Shown here: positions 38,997-54,635 of the stretch, in pieces
How positions within the stretch are numbered: the stretch's first letter is position 1
How the letters are laid out: each line of letters starts with the position of its first letter
Source: Eledone cirrhosa
Lineage: Eukaryota
Assembly: GCA_964016885.1 (NCBI GenBank)
Contig: OZ024753.1
Coordinates: forward strand, 13,144,001 to 13,208,000
Length of the DNA: 64,000 nt
Reading direction: 5' to 3'
Translations under genes and position numbers: made by a program
The notes under the pieces: generated by a model
What the model saw: only the letters and a program-made list of their open reading frames with translations
Database searches by the model: none
Told to the model about the DNA's origin: nothing

Positions 38997-40232
38997 CGCG
39001 CGCTCGCGCGCAATGCGTAGGAGAGCTTCTCCAAGACTAGAACTGTTATACTCTGCTATGTATTGAGTACCTTACGTACTGAGGTTACCTCCGATTCAAC
39101 CCGGAATAATTTATATATATACATATATATATACCAGTCATGTCACTCTTGAGTGCTACTGGTAACATGTAAACCAGTACAACCTGTCGCATGGTCGGGT
39201 CGTCGGCGACTAAACGGGCAACCCCACCAAGTTTACTTGGTGAGGAGGGGGATTTTGGACACCCTGCAGAACAAGAAAAAAAACCTTACAAAGAGCAGAA
39301 GAACTCATAAGAGTCAACGGCCATCCAAAAATGAGTAAATATGTATATACACATGTACATATGTATGTGTATGTATATGCGTGTGTATATGTCTGGGGTG
39401 TCAGGGAGGGGCATGTACCTCTGTAGGGAGAGCTAGGCATGCCCTTTTCATGACAGCTCGTCCAGCATTGGGTCCCACCTAACACTCAGCTCTCACCTTT
39501 GGCCCCAAGAAGCTGTAGAATGCGACAGCGGCCACAAACCGGTAAACCACCTTGGGTGGCAGGCCGAATCATGTTGAGGGTAGCCGGACGGGTCTGAAAC
39601 CCCCCGGTGAGTTAGATAGCGGATGCCTGGATAGCGGAAGTCTGGACCCGGTGGAGTGAGTGGAGGAGGACAACATCGTCCCAACGGTCACAAAGGTGAC
39701 GATAGCAAGCGTGTGGAGAGCTAGGGCAGGGCAAGGCACTACAGACGTCGTGGTCATCCACTGCAGCCAAGCAAGACCCTGGTCGTGACGGTCCTCCGTA
39801 CCACCGGATTCTGGCTTCTGCGGCCGAGTGAGTGGGACCGTCACTGTGCACTGGCCCTCCCACTATAAACGCCACACAGGTTTCTTCTTTAGCGTCTACT
39901 CCCATATATGTGTATATATGCATGCATATGTATATATGTATATGTATATACATATATATACACATACATATGCATATATATATGTATATACATGAACATA
40001 TATGCATATACATATATGCATATATATATGTATATGCATGTGTATACATGCAAATACATATATATATATGCATATGCATGTATATACTGTGTGTATCATC
40101 TGAATTAATATTATCTGATTACCTAACATCGATTACACAACTTATCAGGACTTTATCTAGCTTGTCAGCTTTAGCTTCTCGAACGACTAGCAAACACTTA
40201 AAGAAATACAGCTCGTCTCTCTGATTTTCGAA

Positions 40233-41222
40233 ATGCATCAGATTACAAGTATTGAAGAAGGCCAACACAGTGAAAGCTTGAAAATAAGAGACACGATATA
40301 TTTCAAGTTCCTGAAATATTTTTTAGAACATAATTATATGAGATTAAGTGAAATGATATCTTTACTGAAATCACACACGTTCAAAGCATTGGGTTTGCTA
40401 GCTATTTATATTGTGGCCTTTATATATTTGATTCTAAACCCTATTTGCCTCATTGTTAATTTAACAACCTTAAAAGGTATACCTGCTGCCAACATATTTA
40501 TGTATGTCTACATTACATTTTGCTGGTGTATAATTTCTGTCCTGTGTTTAATGAAATATTTCAAAAAACCCCAATTCAAGGACATAATTGAAATATTTTC
40601 CAAAATTGAAATTGAAGAGAAAGATGGAAAACTGTACAGTTTCATATATTCATATAAGTCACTTTGTATATTTGCAGCTGTGTTTACTATTTCTATCATA
40701 ATTATGGAAGTCATAATACCTATTTTTAGTAAGGACAGTGATCTGTTGGATTTTCTAGTATTTCAAATGACGATGGATTATAAGTACCTCATAGTAATTT
40801 TAAAATTTACACTACAAATTCTTTCCACTGTACCGCTGGTGATTGATGTGTATATAAGCATTATACTTCAGCTTAATCTTACTCATGAGTTTAACAAACT
40901 GGCCAAGGAGGCTGAAGAGTACGTAAAGGTAATGCAATCCCCCAATTCGGAAGCTATCAAGAAACATGAAGAGATTAAAGAAATATGTAACAGACATGAC
41001 AAACTGAGTTCATCACTGAGATTATTAAATGATTCTTTGCAGTATATTGTAGGATTTCTCGTATTTGGTAGTATTCTTAGTTGTTGTCTTACAACTTACG
41101 GAATAATAAATAACTTATTACAAAATCATACGGATTCATACAAGTATGTATTAGTTATGGCGTTCACCCTCCTGTCTTACTGGAATACAATAATTGTGTT
41201 GGGTCTCCGTTTACATATATCG
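40233..41222 (+). CDS. GRL/7TMIC exon, copy 3
   Basis: Intact 330-codon frame ending TCG|GTAAGT. Confidence 0.75.
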
Positions 41223-42722
41223 GTAAGTCTATATATAAATGTGTATGTCACCCATATATTTATGTTTCTGCTGTGTTTGGCACCAGCCTGGCCTTTCTTA
41301 ATATAATCTTTTCTTGTGCACTCCGGTTAAACAGATCGGTAAGTTACATCTTCGTTATCCTTTTCTTTACATTTTTAGTATGATGGATTGGCAGTGTCGG
41401 TAGAGCGTCAGACACCATGATATATAGCATAGTATTATGGCCCTTTACGTTCTGAGTTGAAATCCCGCCGAGATTCACTTTGCTTTTCATCTTTACGGGG
41501 TCGATAAATAATGTACCTGTAATGCATAGTGGTTGATTTAATCGACTTTCCCTTCCCTTAAAATTGTCAGCCTCGTGCCTAAATCAGAGATTATTATTTC
41601 CATTATTATTTTTATGGCGCATCATTATTGCTTCACTGAGCACAGCTCTGTGGGCCTTGGGTGTGTGCAGTGTAGTTTTTATGGTGTTGTTTCTATTGTA
41701 TTGATAGGACTTTTCGTAATATGTGTGTAGTACCTAGTAGTGCTATCTTTTGTATGCTGTATATATTTGTAAGTCCTGGGTTACTCTATATATTATATAT
41801 ACAGTACCTAGTAGTGCTGTCTTTTGTATGCTGTATATATTTGTAAGTCCTGGGTTACTCTATATATTATATATACAGTACCTAGTAGTGCTGTCTTTTG
41901 TATGCTGTATATATTTGTAAGTCCTGGGTTACTCTATATATTATATATACAGTACCTAGTAGTGCTATCTTCTGTATGCTGTATATATTTGTAAGTCCTG
42001 GGGTACACTATATAATATATATACAGTACCTAGTAGTGCTATCTACTGTATGCTGTATATATTTGTAAGTCCCGTGGTACTCTATATAATATATATAGAG
42101 TACCTAGTAGTGCTATCTACTGTATGCTGTATATATTTGTAAGTCCCGTGGTACTCTATATAATATATATACAGTACCTAGTAGTGCTATCTACTGTATG
42201 CTGTATATATTTGTAAGTCCTGTGGTACTCTATATAATATATATACAGTACCTAGTAGTGCTATCTACTGTATGCTGTATATATTTGTAAGTCCTGTTGA
42301 TTCTCAGAACTTTCCAGTCGAGTGATATCCACACTATTATCCTTCTCTTCTTTACTTTTGCCCGACCCCACCTTGAATATTGTTGTCCACTGTGGTCTCC
42401 CCACACGAAACAAAGTAACATGAAAATTGTAGCTCCTCAAAGGTCAATCACAAAATAGATAGATGGCATGACAGGCCTTCACTACTGGGGTCGACTAGAA
42501 AAACTCAAACTTTATTCTCTCCAACGCCGCCGTGAGCGCTACATCATCTGCATGATGTCGAAAATATTCCACCAGCTTTGATCAAATGATGTTGGCATCA
42601 CCTTTAATGTACACCCAAGGCGTGGGCCAAGTGTTATCCGTCCACGATAAAAATCTCACTCGCATCTCATAACAACAATACGGCACAATTATTTCACCTC
42701 AATTGTTCCCACTCTCTATAAC

Positions 42723-42839
<117 letters not shown>

Positions 42840-42954
42840 TGCGCTCATGTTTCCTCTTTGTTTACGGCCCATATCATAGCGCTTCATCAAAACAGATCGA
42901 TTAAGTACCAAAATTCTTATACTCTGGAAATGAAATTTTAGCCACAACATATAC

Positions 42955-43245
42955 TACTGCACTCCGTCGGTCACCACGACGAGTGTTCCAGTTGACTCGA
43001 TGGACAGAACAATCTGCTCGTGTAATTAACGTGCAAGTGGCTGAGAAATTTCAGGGAGATTCAGCGGGACACAGATTGTGACATGGCTGGCCCTTCGAAT
43101 TAGAGATACAACCCATTTTTGCCAGCTGAGTGCACTAGAGCAACGGGAAATAAAGTATCTTGCTCAAGGGCACAACGTACAGCCGAGAATCGAACTCGCG
43201 TCCTTATAGTTGTCAGCCGAGTATCCTAACCACAAAGCCACGCGA
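42955..43245 (-). mobile_element. Second tRNA-derived SINE family
   Basis: Minus strand TGGTTAGGATACTCGGC..GAGTTCGATTCTCGG (A/B boxes), then TTGTGCCCTTGAGCAAGATACTT. Confidence 0.75.
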
Positions 43246-43600
43246 CTTCAACATATAAATCTTCAATCGGGAAATAACTGAAGAATGGAAAGAGAATTCT
43301 TTCAAATAAGTGAAAAAAAAATAATGTGGGAGGAATTGAGGAAAGCTGAGATCACGAGACCCACTGAGTTTTATTAAGTTCAATTGTGAATTCTGCGACC
43401 CTTTCTTTCTGCTTAGATCTTCAGGTGGGACATTGTGGACTTTTGCTGGGTCTTTTCATGATATGTGGGCGTGAAAATGGTGTTTCAGGGAAGCGGTTAG
43501 CTATTGCATTTTCTTCTTCGGTTTTCTACAGATCAAATATTTTATTTATCGGCGACCCATTGAAATTAATAGTATTGATCAGCCATATCATGAAACCTAA

Positions 43601-43686
<86 letters not shown>

Positions 43687-43693
43687 CGTGCGC

Positions 43694-43746
<53 letters not shown>

Positions 43747-43808
43747 CGTGTGCGTGTGCGCGTGTACGTGTGCGTGTGCGTGTGTGTGTGTGTGCGCGCG
43801 CACACACT

Positions 43809-43848
<40 letters not shown>

Positions 43849-45049
43849 ATAGAAGAGCTTCTACAAGACTAGAACTGTTATATCCTGCTATGTATTGAGT
43901 ACCTTACGTACTGTGGTTACCTCCTATTCAACCCGGAATAACTTATATATATACATATATATATACCAGTCATGTCACTCTTGAGTGCTACTGGTAACAT
44001 GTAAACCAGTACAACCTGTCGCATGGTCGGGTCGTCGGCGACTAAACGGGCAACCACACCAAGTTTACTTGGTGAGGAGGGGGATTTTGGACACCCTGCA
44101 GAACAAGAAAAAAAACCTTACAAAGGGCGGAAGAACTCATAAGAGTCAACGGCCATCCAAAAATGAGTAAATATGTATATACACATGTACATATGTGTAT
44201 GTATATGCGTGTGTATATGTCTGGGGTGTCAGGGAGGGGCATGTACCTCTGTAGGGAGAGCTAGGCATGCCCTTTTCATGACAGCTCGTCCAGCATTGGG
44301 TCCCACCTGACACTCAGCTCTCACCTTTGGCCCCAAGAAGCTGTAGAATGCGACAGCAGCCACAAACCGGTAAACCACCTTGGGTGGCAGGCCGAATCAT
44401 GTTGAGGGTAGCCGGACGGGTCTGAAATCCCCCGGTGAGTTAGATAGCGGATGCCTGGATAGCGGAAGTCTGGACCCGGCGGAGTGAGTGGAGGAGGACA
44501 ACATCGTCCCAACGGTCACAAAGGCGACGATAGCAAGCGTGTGGAGAGCTAGGGCAGGGCAAGGCACTACAGACGTCGTGGTCATCCACTGCAGCCAAGC
44601 AAGACCCTGGTCGCGACGGTTTCCGTACCACCGGATTCTGGCTTCTGCGGCCGAGTGAGTGGGACCGTCACTGTGCACTGGCCCTCCCACTATAAACGCC
44701 GCACAGGTTTCTTCTTTAGCGTCTACTCCCATATATGTGTATATATGCATGCATATGTATATATGTATATACATATACACATACATATGCATATATATAT
44801 GTATATACATGAATATATATGCATATACATATGTGCATATATATATGTATATGCATGTGTATACATGCAAATACATATATATATATGCATATGCATGTAT
44901 ATACTGTGTGTATCATCTGAATGAATATTATCTGATTACCTAACATCGATTACACAACTTATCAGGACTTTATCTAGTTTGTCAGCTTTAGCTTCTCGAA
45001 CGACTAGCAAACTCTTAAAGAAATACAGCTCGTCTCTCTGGTTTTCGAA

Positions 45050-46039
45050 ATGCATAAGATTACAAGTATTGAAGAAGGCCAACACACTGAAAGCTTGAAA
45101 ATAAGAGACACGATATATTTCAAGTTCCTGAAATATTTTTTAGAACATAATTATATGAGATTAAGTGAAATGATATCTTTACTGAAATCACACACGTTCA
45201 AAGCATTGTGTTTGCTAGCTATTTATATTGTGGTCTTTATATATTTGATTCTAAACCCTATTTGCCTCATTGTTAATTTAACAACCTTAAAAGGTATACC
45301 TGCTGCCAACATATTTATGTATGTCTACATTACATTATGCTGGTGTATAATTTCTGTCCTGTGTTTAATGAAATATTTCAAAAAACCCCAATTCAAGGAC
45401 ATAATTGAAATATTTTCAAAAATTGAAATTGAAGAGAAAGATGGAAAACTGTACAGTTTCATATATTCATATAAGTCACTTTGTATATTTGCAGCTGTGA
45501 ATAGTATTTCTATCATAATTATGGAAATCATAATACCTATTTTTAGTAAAGACAGTGATCTGTTGGATTTTCTAGTATTTCAAATGACGATGGATTATAA
45601 GTACCTCATGGTAATTTTAAAATTTACACTACAAATTCTTTCCACTGTACCGCTGATGATTGATCTGTATACAAGCTTTATACTTCAGCTTAATCTTACT
45701 CATGAGTTTAACAAACTGGCCAAGGAGGCTGAAGAGTACGTAAGGGTAATACAATCCCCCAATTCGGATGCTATCAAGAAATATGAAGAGATTAAAGAAA
45801 TATGTAACAGACATGACAAACTGAGTTCATCACTGAGATTATTAAATGATTCTTTGCAGTATATTGTAGGATATCTCGTATTTGGTAGTATTCTTAGTTG
45901 TTGTCTTACAACTTACGGAATAATAAATAACTTATTACAAAATCATACGGATTCATACAAGTATGTATTAGTTATGGCGTTCGGCTTCCTGTCTTACTGG
46001 AATACAATAATTGTGTTGGGCCTCCGTTTAAATATATCG
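45050..46039 (+). CDS. GRL/7TMIC exon, copy 4
   Basis: Intact 330-codon frame ending TCG|GTAAGT. Confidence 0.75.
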
Positions 46040-49000
46040 GTAAGTCTATATATAAATGTGTATGTCACCCATATATTTATGTTTCTGCTGTGTTTGGCAC
46101 CAGCCTGGCCTTTCCTAATATAATCTTTTCTTGTGCACTCCGGTTAAACAGATCGGTAAGTTACATCTTCGTTTTCCTTTTCTTTACATTTTTAGTATGA
46201 TGGATTGGCTGTGTCGGTAGAGCGTCAGACACCATGATATGTAGCATAGTATTATGGCCCTTTACGTTCTGAGTTGAAATCCCGCCGAGATTCACATTGC
46301 TTTTCATCTTTACGGGGTCGATAAATAATGTAGCTGTAATGCATTGTGGTTGATTTAATCGATTTTCCCCTTCCCACAAAATTGTCGGCCTCGTGCCTAA
46401 ATCAGAGATTATTATTTCCATATAATGGAAATAATAGTTTCTACTTTAGGCACACGGCCAGCAATTACCCAGTGCATTACTGGTACTTTATTTTATCGAT
46501 CCCGCAAGGATGAAAGGCAAAGTCAACCTCGGAGTTCAAATCCCGCCGACGTTGACTATGCCTTTCATCCATACGGGTTCGATAAAATAAAGTACCAGTA
46601 ATGCACTGGGTTATTGCTGGCCTTGTGCCTAAAGTAGAAACTATTATTTCCATTATTATTCTTATGGCGCATCATTACTGCTTCACTGAGCACAGCTCTG
46701 TGGGCCTTGGGTATGTGCAGTATAGTTTTTGCTGGTGTTGTTTCTATTGTATTGATAGGACTTTTAGTAATATGTGTGCAGTGCCTAGTAGTGCTATCTT
46801 TTGTATGCTGTATATATTTGTAAGTCCTGTGGTACTCTATATAATATATATACAGTACCTAGTAGTGCTATCTACTGTATGCTGTATATATTTGTAAGTC
46901 CTGGGGTACTCTATATAGTATATATAGAGTACCTAGTAGTGCTATCTTGTGTATGCTGTATATATGTGTAAGTCCCGTCGTACTCTATGTAATATATACA
47001 CAGTACCTAGTAGTGCTATCTACTGTATGCTGTAGATATTTGTAAGTCCTGTGGTACTCTATATAATATATATACACTACCTAGTAGTGCTATCTACTGT
47101 ATGCTGTATATATTTGTAAGTCCTGGGATTTGGGCTATGTATTTGTCTGTGTGTTTTTATCATTCCTAGAACACCTATTATTATAGGTATTGTTTCTGGT
47201 TTTATTTTTCACATTCAAGTTATTTCTATCTCTCAATCTTTATATTTGGAGAGTTTCTCCCTTTCCTTGGAAGATATATTGTCGTCTGTTGGGATTGACA
47301 CATCTATTAGAAGGCATTTCTTTTCTTTGTGGTCTTTGCCCATAATATCTGGTCGGTTGGCTTTGATCTCTATGTCTGTATGTATTGGCATATCCCGGAG
47401 AATTGTTGTTTAATCATTCTCTGACACTGGGGTAATTGCTGGCTTTATGCGAGGTTAACTTTGCTCACATCCTTACGGGGTCGATAAAATAAAGTACCAG
47501 TAATACATTGTATTAATTGCTGGCCTTGTGCCAAATGTAGAAATAATAATTATTATTATTATTACACATGTGGTTATTTACTCACGGGTGAGTCTTTATC
47601 CAAATTTGTTTGCTTACACCAACAATGGTGGGCCGAAATTCTTATTCGTTTTAATAATTTCTAAAACAACGAAACGTGATATTGTGGTTCTGTTAATATT
47701 TTGAAAGATTCAAAATGACATGTTCAAATGTTGAAAAGAGAATGGCAGCCCCCCCCCCCCCCCTTCTATGTAAGGTAGTAGTAGTAACCCCCCTCCTCCT
47801 ATGTACAGTAGCAGTAGTAACTCCCCCTCCTATGTACAGTAGCAGTAGTAACTCCCCCTCCTCCTATGTACAGTAGCAGTAGGAACCCCCCCTCCTACGT
47901 ACAGCAGTAGTAGTAGTAACACCTCCTCCTCCTATGTAAAGTAGCAGCCCCACGATGTGGAGTGGCTGTTCTATTGCGTGTCCCTCGCCTTCCTCCGGGT
48001 CCCAGAGATGGAGAGTAAGTTATTTAGAGGTGGAGGATACTCGTTGGGGCGTCACATATATATATATATACACACATACACAAAATAAAGGAAAAGTGTG
48101 TAGATAACAAAAAACATATAACAACAACTCCAAATATAACAACAATTGCAATAACAGTCACTAAAGCTACAGAAAGTAATCACAAGAACAATAACAACAA
48201 TAACAATGAAAATCTATAACTCTTTCCTACAATCAGACCTAGACACAATGCTGCAGTGGATCACAGACAGGCAACTGAAGCTGGCTGTGGACAAGTGTAC
48301 CACCATGCATTTGGGGAGGAAAAACCCAGCCTCCCCATACTCCCTCCACAACACTGATATCAAGAAGTCCTCTTGTGAACGTGACCTAGCCATTACTGTC
48401 AGCAGCGATTTGTGTTGGACAAAGCACATCTCTAAAATTGTCAAGAAGGCCGAGGGTGTCTTATCATCACTCAGCAAGACCTTTGTTAGCCGCTCTCCAG
48501 CCATCTATTTAAAGCTGTATACAGCTATGTTACGGCCATACTTGAAATTCGCATCATCAGTCTGGAACCCCTATCTTGCTCAGAACATTGACCTCCTGGA
48601 AACTGTTCAGAGACGTGCAACCAAGCGCATAGCCTCCATCAGACACCTACCATACTCTGAACGCTTTGCTTCCCTGGGCATGGATTCATTGAAGATCCGA
48701 CGTCTGGCAATGGACTTGGTAAATACCAACAAAAGTTATTAACCATCTCGCCAACAACAACCCTGAGAACCCTTTTAATCTCCATGTGTCTAACATACGT
48801 GGACATACCTACAAAGTCAGAAAACAGCATAGCTCCCATGACTTTCGGAAACATTATTTCACGCTTAGAGTTGCTGAAACATGGAACAAACTGCCTGTGT
48901 CAGTTGTTAGCGGCCGAGACACTGCATCCTTTAAAACCTCCATGGAACAAACTGCCTGCGTCAGTTGTTAGCTGCCGAGACACTGCATGCTTTAAAACCT

Positions 49001-50008
49001 CCATGGAACAAACTGCCTGCGTCAGTTGTTAGTGTCGTGACACTGCATCCTTTAAAACCTCCATGGAACAAACTGCCTGCGTCAGCTGTTAGCTGTCGAG
49101 ACACTGCATCCTTTAAAACCTCCATGGAACAAACTGCCTGCGTCAGTTGTTAGTGTCGAGACACTGCATCCTTTAACACCTCCATGGAACAAACTGCTTG
49201 CGTCAGTTGTTAGCTGCCGAGACACTGCATCCTTTAAAACCTCCATGGAACAAACTGCCTGCGTCAGTTGTTAGCTGCCGAGACACTGCATCCTTTAAAA
49301 CCCCCATGGAACAAACTGCCTGCGTCAGTTGTTAGCTGCCGAGACACTGCATCCTTTAAAACCCTCATGCTTCTCGAAATTCGCCAAAACTACACTTGAT
49401 GTCCTCCTTCCATACACATGCACACGTGTATATCATGACTCATTCACTGTTTATTTTCCTCACGTTTGTATATTACCCTATGTATTATACATACACTTTT
49501 GATGAGTTGTAGTGCACCTGAGCACTGTACATCCTCTGGGGAAAACGCCTTCTCCATTCTGTCCTCCGGCGCTGTGGGGCGGCCAGCACGTGGGACCCCA
49601 TTTGCTCATTATACAGAGAGATTGGGAGGGCGAGAGAGATGGGAGCGATTACGGTGGGAGTTCGGCTCTTCCGTGTTCCGACACATTGGGGCGAGATAGA
49701 TGGGGGCGATTACGGTGGGAGTTCGGCTCTTCCGTGTTCCGACACATTGGGGCGAGAGAGAAGGGGTCGATTACGGTGGGAGTTCAGCTCTTCCATGTAC
49801 CGACACATTGCACCTATCAAGGGTGTATTTTCATACTTGTAACGAACATTGTGAATTCCTATTTATAGTTTGACTATACCAAACAACTTGTTCACTGTTA
49901 TTCCTTCTCCAATAATAGCTACTAACAGACCTATTAATAAAGGCGGATCAGAACCTTCTTCTGCTTGTCCTATACGTTTGCATCCCTTAAATAATAATAA
50001 TAATAATA

Positions 50009-50088
<80 letters not shown>

Positions 50089-50440
50089 TGTTTCTACTTT
50101 AGGCACAAGGCCAGCAAATAACCAGTGCATTACTGGTACTTTATTTTATCGACCCCGTAAGGACGAAAGGCAAAGTCAACATTGGCGGGATTTAAACTCA
50201 TATCGTAAAGGGACGTAACTATGCTGGAAAGCATGGCGTCCGACCCTCTACCGATACTGCCAATCCACCGCCGTTTAATAATAATAATAATAATAACTAG
50301 CAGAATGGCCCGGCGTTGCTCGGGATTTGCTCTAGGGTTCTTATATATTTAATATATATTTATCCTTATCGAGCTTCATGAAATAAATACTTTTGTTTAT
50401 ATTTTGTTATTGTGTATGCAAAAATATCCTTACACGAATA

Positions 50441-50493
<53 letters not shown>

Positions 50494-53109
50494 CAGGTTA
50501 AAGTTTAAGCAAAGAATCTTCTGAAAGTAAAAAAAATCAATCTGTTAACGCAGAAGTAAATATTTCGAAAAACGTTACACACTATATATATATATATACA
50601 CACACACTATATATACATATATACTCTCACACACACACACAAACAGCTACGTCATAATGTCGTAATGCAGACAGCCAGGCATACAGACAGATATTATAAG
50701 GGCGCAACGTTATATCTATGTAGCTATCTAAAAAGAAAGACTAAGAGAGAGAGGGAGATCGTTAATCGCCTAATGCGGTCCCTAGGGCATTGAACATTTG
50801 AAATTTATTTTTTCTCAAAACACTCACAAGAAAATAAGTATTAAATGTATAAAGTTTGAAAACAATCGGTTGGGTGGTTCACGAGTTTTAGGGAGTTAGA
50901 CAGACAGCCAGACATTTTCTGTTTCCGATATATAGATAATGATGACGATGATGATGGTGGTCGTCGTCGTCTTCTTCTTCTTCTGTTATTAGTGACTGGT
51001 TGTGGTTTCCAAGGCACTAATGGGACATAGCCTCATAGGTGGCACGTTGGCAGTGGCCAGTAAATAGGGATAGGAGAGCTTGTGCCCCATGTTATTAGTG
51101 GCTTATTTTGGTTTCCAAAGAATTAATGGGGACACAGCCTCATAGGTGGCTCGATGGCAGTGGCCAGTAAATAGGGATAGGAGAGCTTGTGCCCCATGTT
51201 ATTAGTGGCTTATTTTGGTTTCCAAAGAATTAATGGGGACACAGCCTCATAGGTGGCACGATGGCAGTGGCCAGTAAATAGGGATAGGAGAGCTTGTGCC
51301 CCATGTTATTAGTGGCTTATTTTGGTTTCCAAAGAATTAATGGGGACACAGCCTCATAGGTGGCTCGATGGCAGTGGCCAGTAAATAGGGATAGGAGAGC
51401 TTGTGCCCCATGTTATTAGTGGCTTATTTTGGTTTCCAAAGCACTAATAGGGACACAGCCTCAGATGCGGCACGATGGCTGTGGCGAGTAAAGAGGGATA
51501 GGAGAGCTTGTGCCCCATGTTATTAGTGGCTTATTTTGGTTTCAATGGGGACATTAATGGGGACACAGCCTCAGACCTGGCGCGATGGCAGTGGCCAGCA
51601 AATCTTACTCTCCTTTTACGTACAGACAGACTTGCGTGGGAAGCCGGCATATATCTCTCTCAAAGTCAGATGTCGCCAGCTTATGTTCTGCATGTGTTGA
51701 AGCAGGAGAGTGTAAGTGCCATCAAGGTGCTTTTGTTGTTTGAATGAAAGCATCCATGTTTCATTTCCATATAGCAAGATTGGAAGAGTTTGATTTTGGT
51801 GTGGTTGGAAAGATTTGCTAAAGAGGAATAGGGCAAGCGAGTCACACTGGAGCACACCTGCTGAGATGTCAAAGAACTCTGTTGTTCCATCAGGGGTGAT
51901 GATAGTGGCACTTGTGTTGAGATACAGAGCCGTAATTGCTACCACAAGTCTTGCTGGTATGCCATACAAGCGTAGAGTTTCAAAACAGACTCTCTCTGGG
52001 AATAAGATAAATAAGGGTCCCGGTGAAGGAAACAAACAAACATAGACCTATGGTGATTAATGTCTTTCACAAAATATTTTGGTAATTTGTGCTCACCTGA
52101 AAGACCCAAAATCGTTGCCCTACCCCTGAGAGGCATAGCTGAAAGACCCAAAATTGTTGTTGCCCTACCCTTGAGATGGAATTCCGAAAATGTTGCCCTA
52201 CCCCAGAGATGGAATTCACAGGAACAACATTTTTGTTACCAAAGCAAGGCACCTCGTCGCTACGAACATAAACTAAGGGCCAGTGGATATTGTGTGTGTG
52301 TGTGGGCGCACATGCGTGTGCATGTGCGTAGTTGTGTGCGTTTTAGTTCTTGGGTGTGGGTGTGAGCGCGCGTTTATGTGTGATTGTGACAAGGTAAAGG
52401 GAAGGTGTGGTTATATTTCTTATTAATTAATTACCTATTTTGTCATTGAACTCTATCAAATAATGCGTTATATGATGTCTTGTTTGTTTGTTTGTCACAA
52501 AACGTTTCAAACAAGATCTCTGAAGAAATCAATACGTATGATCTATACATGAAATAAATCGATAAAGTGCTTTCTGATAGCTCTTCCAATTAATCTCATT
52601 AATCTTGAAGTATATTGAGAAGTAAATATAAATGTATATTGTCGAGTATATATAAATGTATATTGTCGAGTATATATAATTGTATATCGTAAAGTGTGTA
52701 TAATTGTATGTGTACATATCAACATGCAAGACAGAGTATTGTGTAAATTATCTGATATCAGGACATGAAAATAATAACTCTTTCACTGTGTATATTTACA
52801 CAGACGAAAGTTTTTCAAAGTAGAATTTATCACCTCTCTACCTTAGCTTTTAGTGAATGGACTAATTATGTGGAATATCTAGATTTCTGTATATTACACA
52901 CGCACGGATATACACACACATACACAGACAGTATACATAAATATATATATATATACATATGCATATATATACAGACAAATATATGTAGATACACATATAT
53001 ATACATACACACATATATTTACACACATATATATATACATACATATATATATATACACACATATACGTATATATACACACACACACACATATATATACAC
53101 ACACACACA

Positions 53110-53183
<74 letters not shown>

Positions 53184-53927
53184 TGTATACAGACATATAT
53201 ATGCACATATATATATACACATATATATACACAAATACATATATATACACATACACACACACACATATATATACATATATATATACACACACACACACAT
53301 ATATATACATATATACACACATATATATACACATATATATACATATATACACACATATATATATACACATATATATACATATACACAAACATATATATAC
53401 ACACATATATATACGTATACACACACATATATATATATATACACACATATATATAAACACACACATATATATATACATATATACACACACATATATATAT
53501 ACACACAGATATATATATATATATATGAGAGGTGGTTATAGTTCACTTGAAGCATTGTGTAATGAGGTATAAACGTTTGTATATGTATAATAAAGCCAAA
53601 ACAACACAGGTATGGACATAGAATAAAGAATGCAAATGCAAAAGATATTGTTGACAATTAGTCTTTTACCTTAGATTTATTTAAATGTCCTTAATTTTCG
53701 AGATAATATCCCTTCTTCGGGGGGAAGTAAAGCGGTTAAACCAGTGTTCTAAATACCGCTTTACTTCCCTCCGAAGAAGAGATATTATCTCGAAAATTAA
53801 GGACATTTAAATAAATCTAAGGTAAAAGACTAATTGTCAACAATATCTTTTGCATTTGCATTCTTTATTCTATGTCCATACCTGCATTGTTTTGGCTTTA
53901 TTATACATATACAAACGTTTACATAAT

Positions 53928-53960
<33 letters not shown>

Positions 53961-54480
53961 CACACATATACATATACACACGCATATATATATACATATA
54001 TATACACTCACAACACACTGAGTGTGTGTGGCAGTGTTTATGTGCGTACATTAGTGTCCATATGCTTATGATAGTACTATATGCACATATATATGTGTGT
54101 GGGGGTGTGTGTGTGTATGTATGTTCGTAATTATGTGTATGTTTATGCATATACGCGCGTGTGTGTGTGAGTGTACGAATATGTGTGAGTATGTGAATGT
54201 GTGTGTACATTTATTTCATATTTATGTGTCTATACGCATTTTATCTGTGGATTATAAACTTACAGAGACATTAGCCTTGAATTTTTGTATTTGCATACAT
54301 CTTTTTGGCATGCGTATGCATGTGAGCATATATCTTTATATAAATATGTGTACGATGTTAATTACATGTATATACACACACCAAACTGCATAACATTTTT
54401 TGTATTTTCATTGGTCAATTTGAACTCCGTTCCCAAACGGACCTGAAATTTTGAATTGTTGTTATTATCAATAAATATAT

Positions 54481-54635
54481 TTCATTATTTCTGAAGACGG
54501 CATATATGTGTGTTTGGTATGTATATTTAATCTTGATAGTTTGGATAATTTTGTATAATTTTGTACATAGATCTGTTGAATATGCATGCCAATTCTAACA
54601 CATATATATCCTAGAAACGATCGTTAAATAATGAA
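54481..54635 (+). ncRNA. Hammerhead ribozyme with extended stem II (copy 1)
   Basis: TTCATTATTT-CTGAAGA-[~115-nt hairpin]-GAAAC-GATC-GT-T-AAATAATGAA: 10-bp stem I, palindromic stem III/loop. Confidence 0.7.

Noticed and set aside
43150-43245. tRNA-like sequence
   Set aside because: SINE head; no complete cloverleaf.
43386-43600. Unique segment with AG acceptor-like sites as a candidate TM7 exon
   Set aside because: The frames I read show no GR C-terminal motif, and it is present in only one unit.
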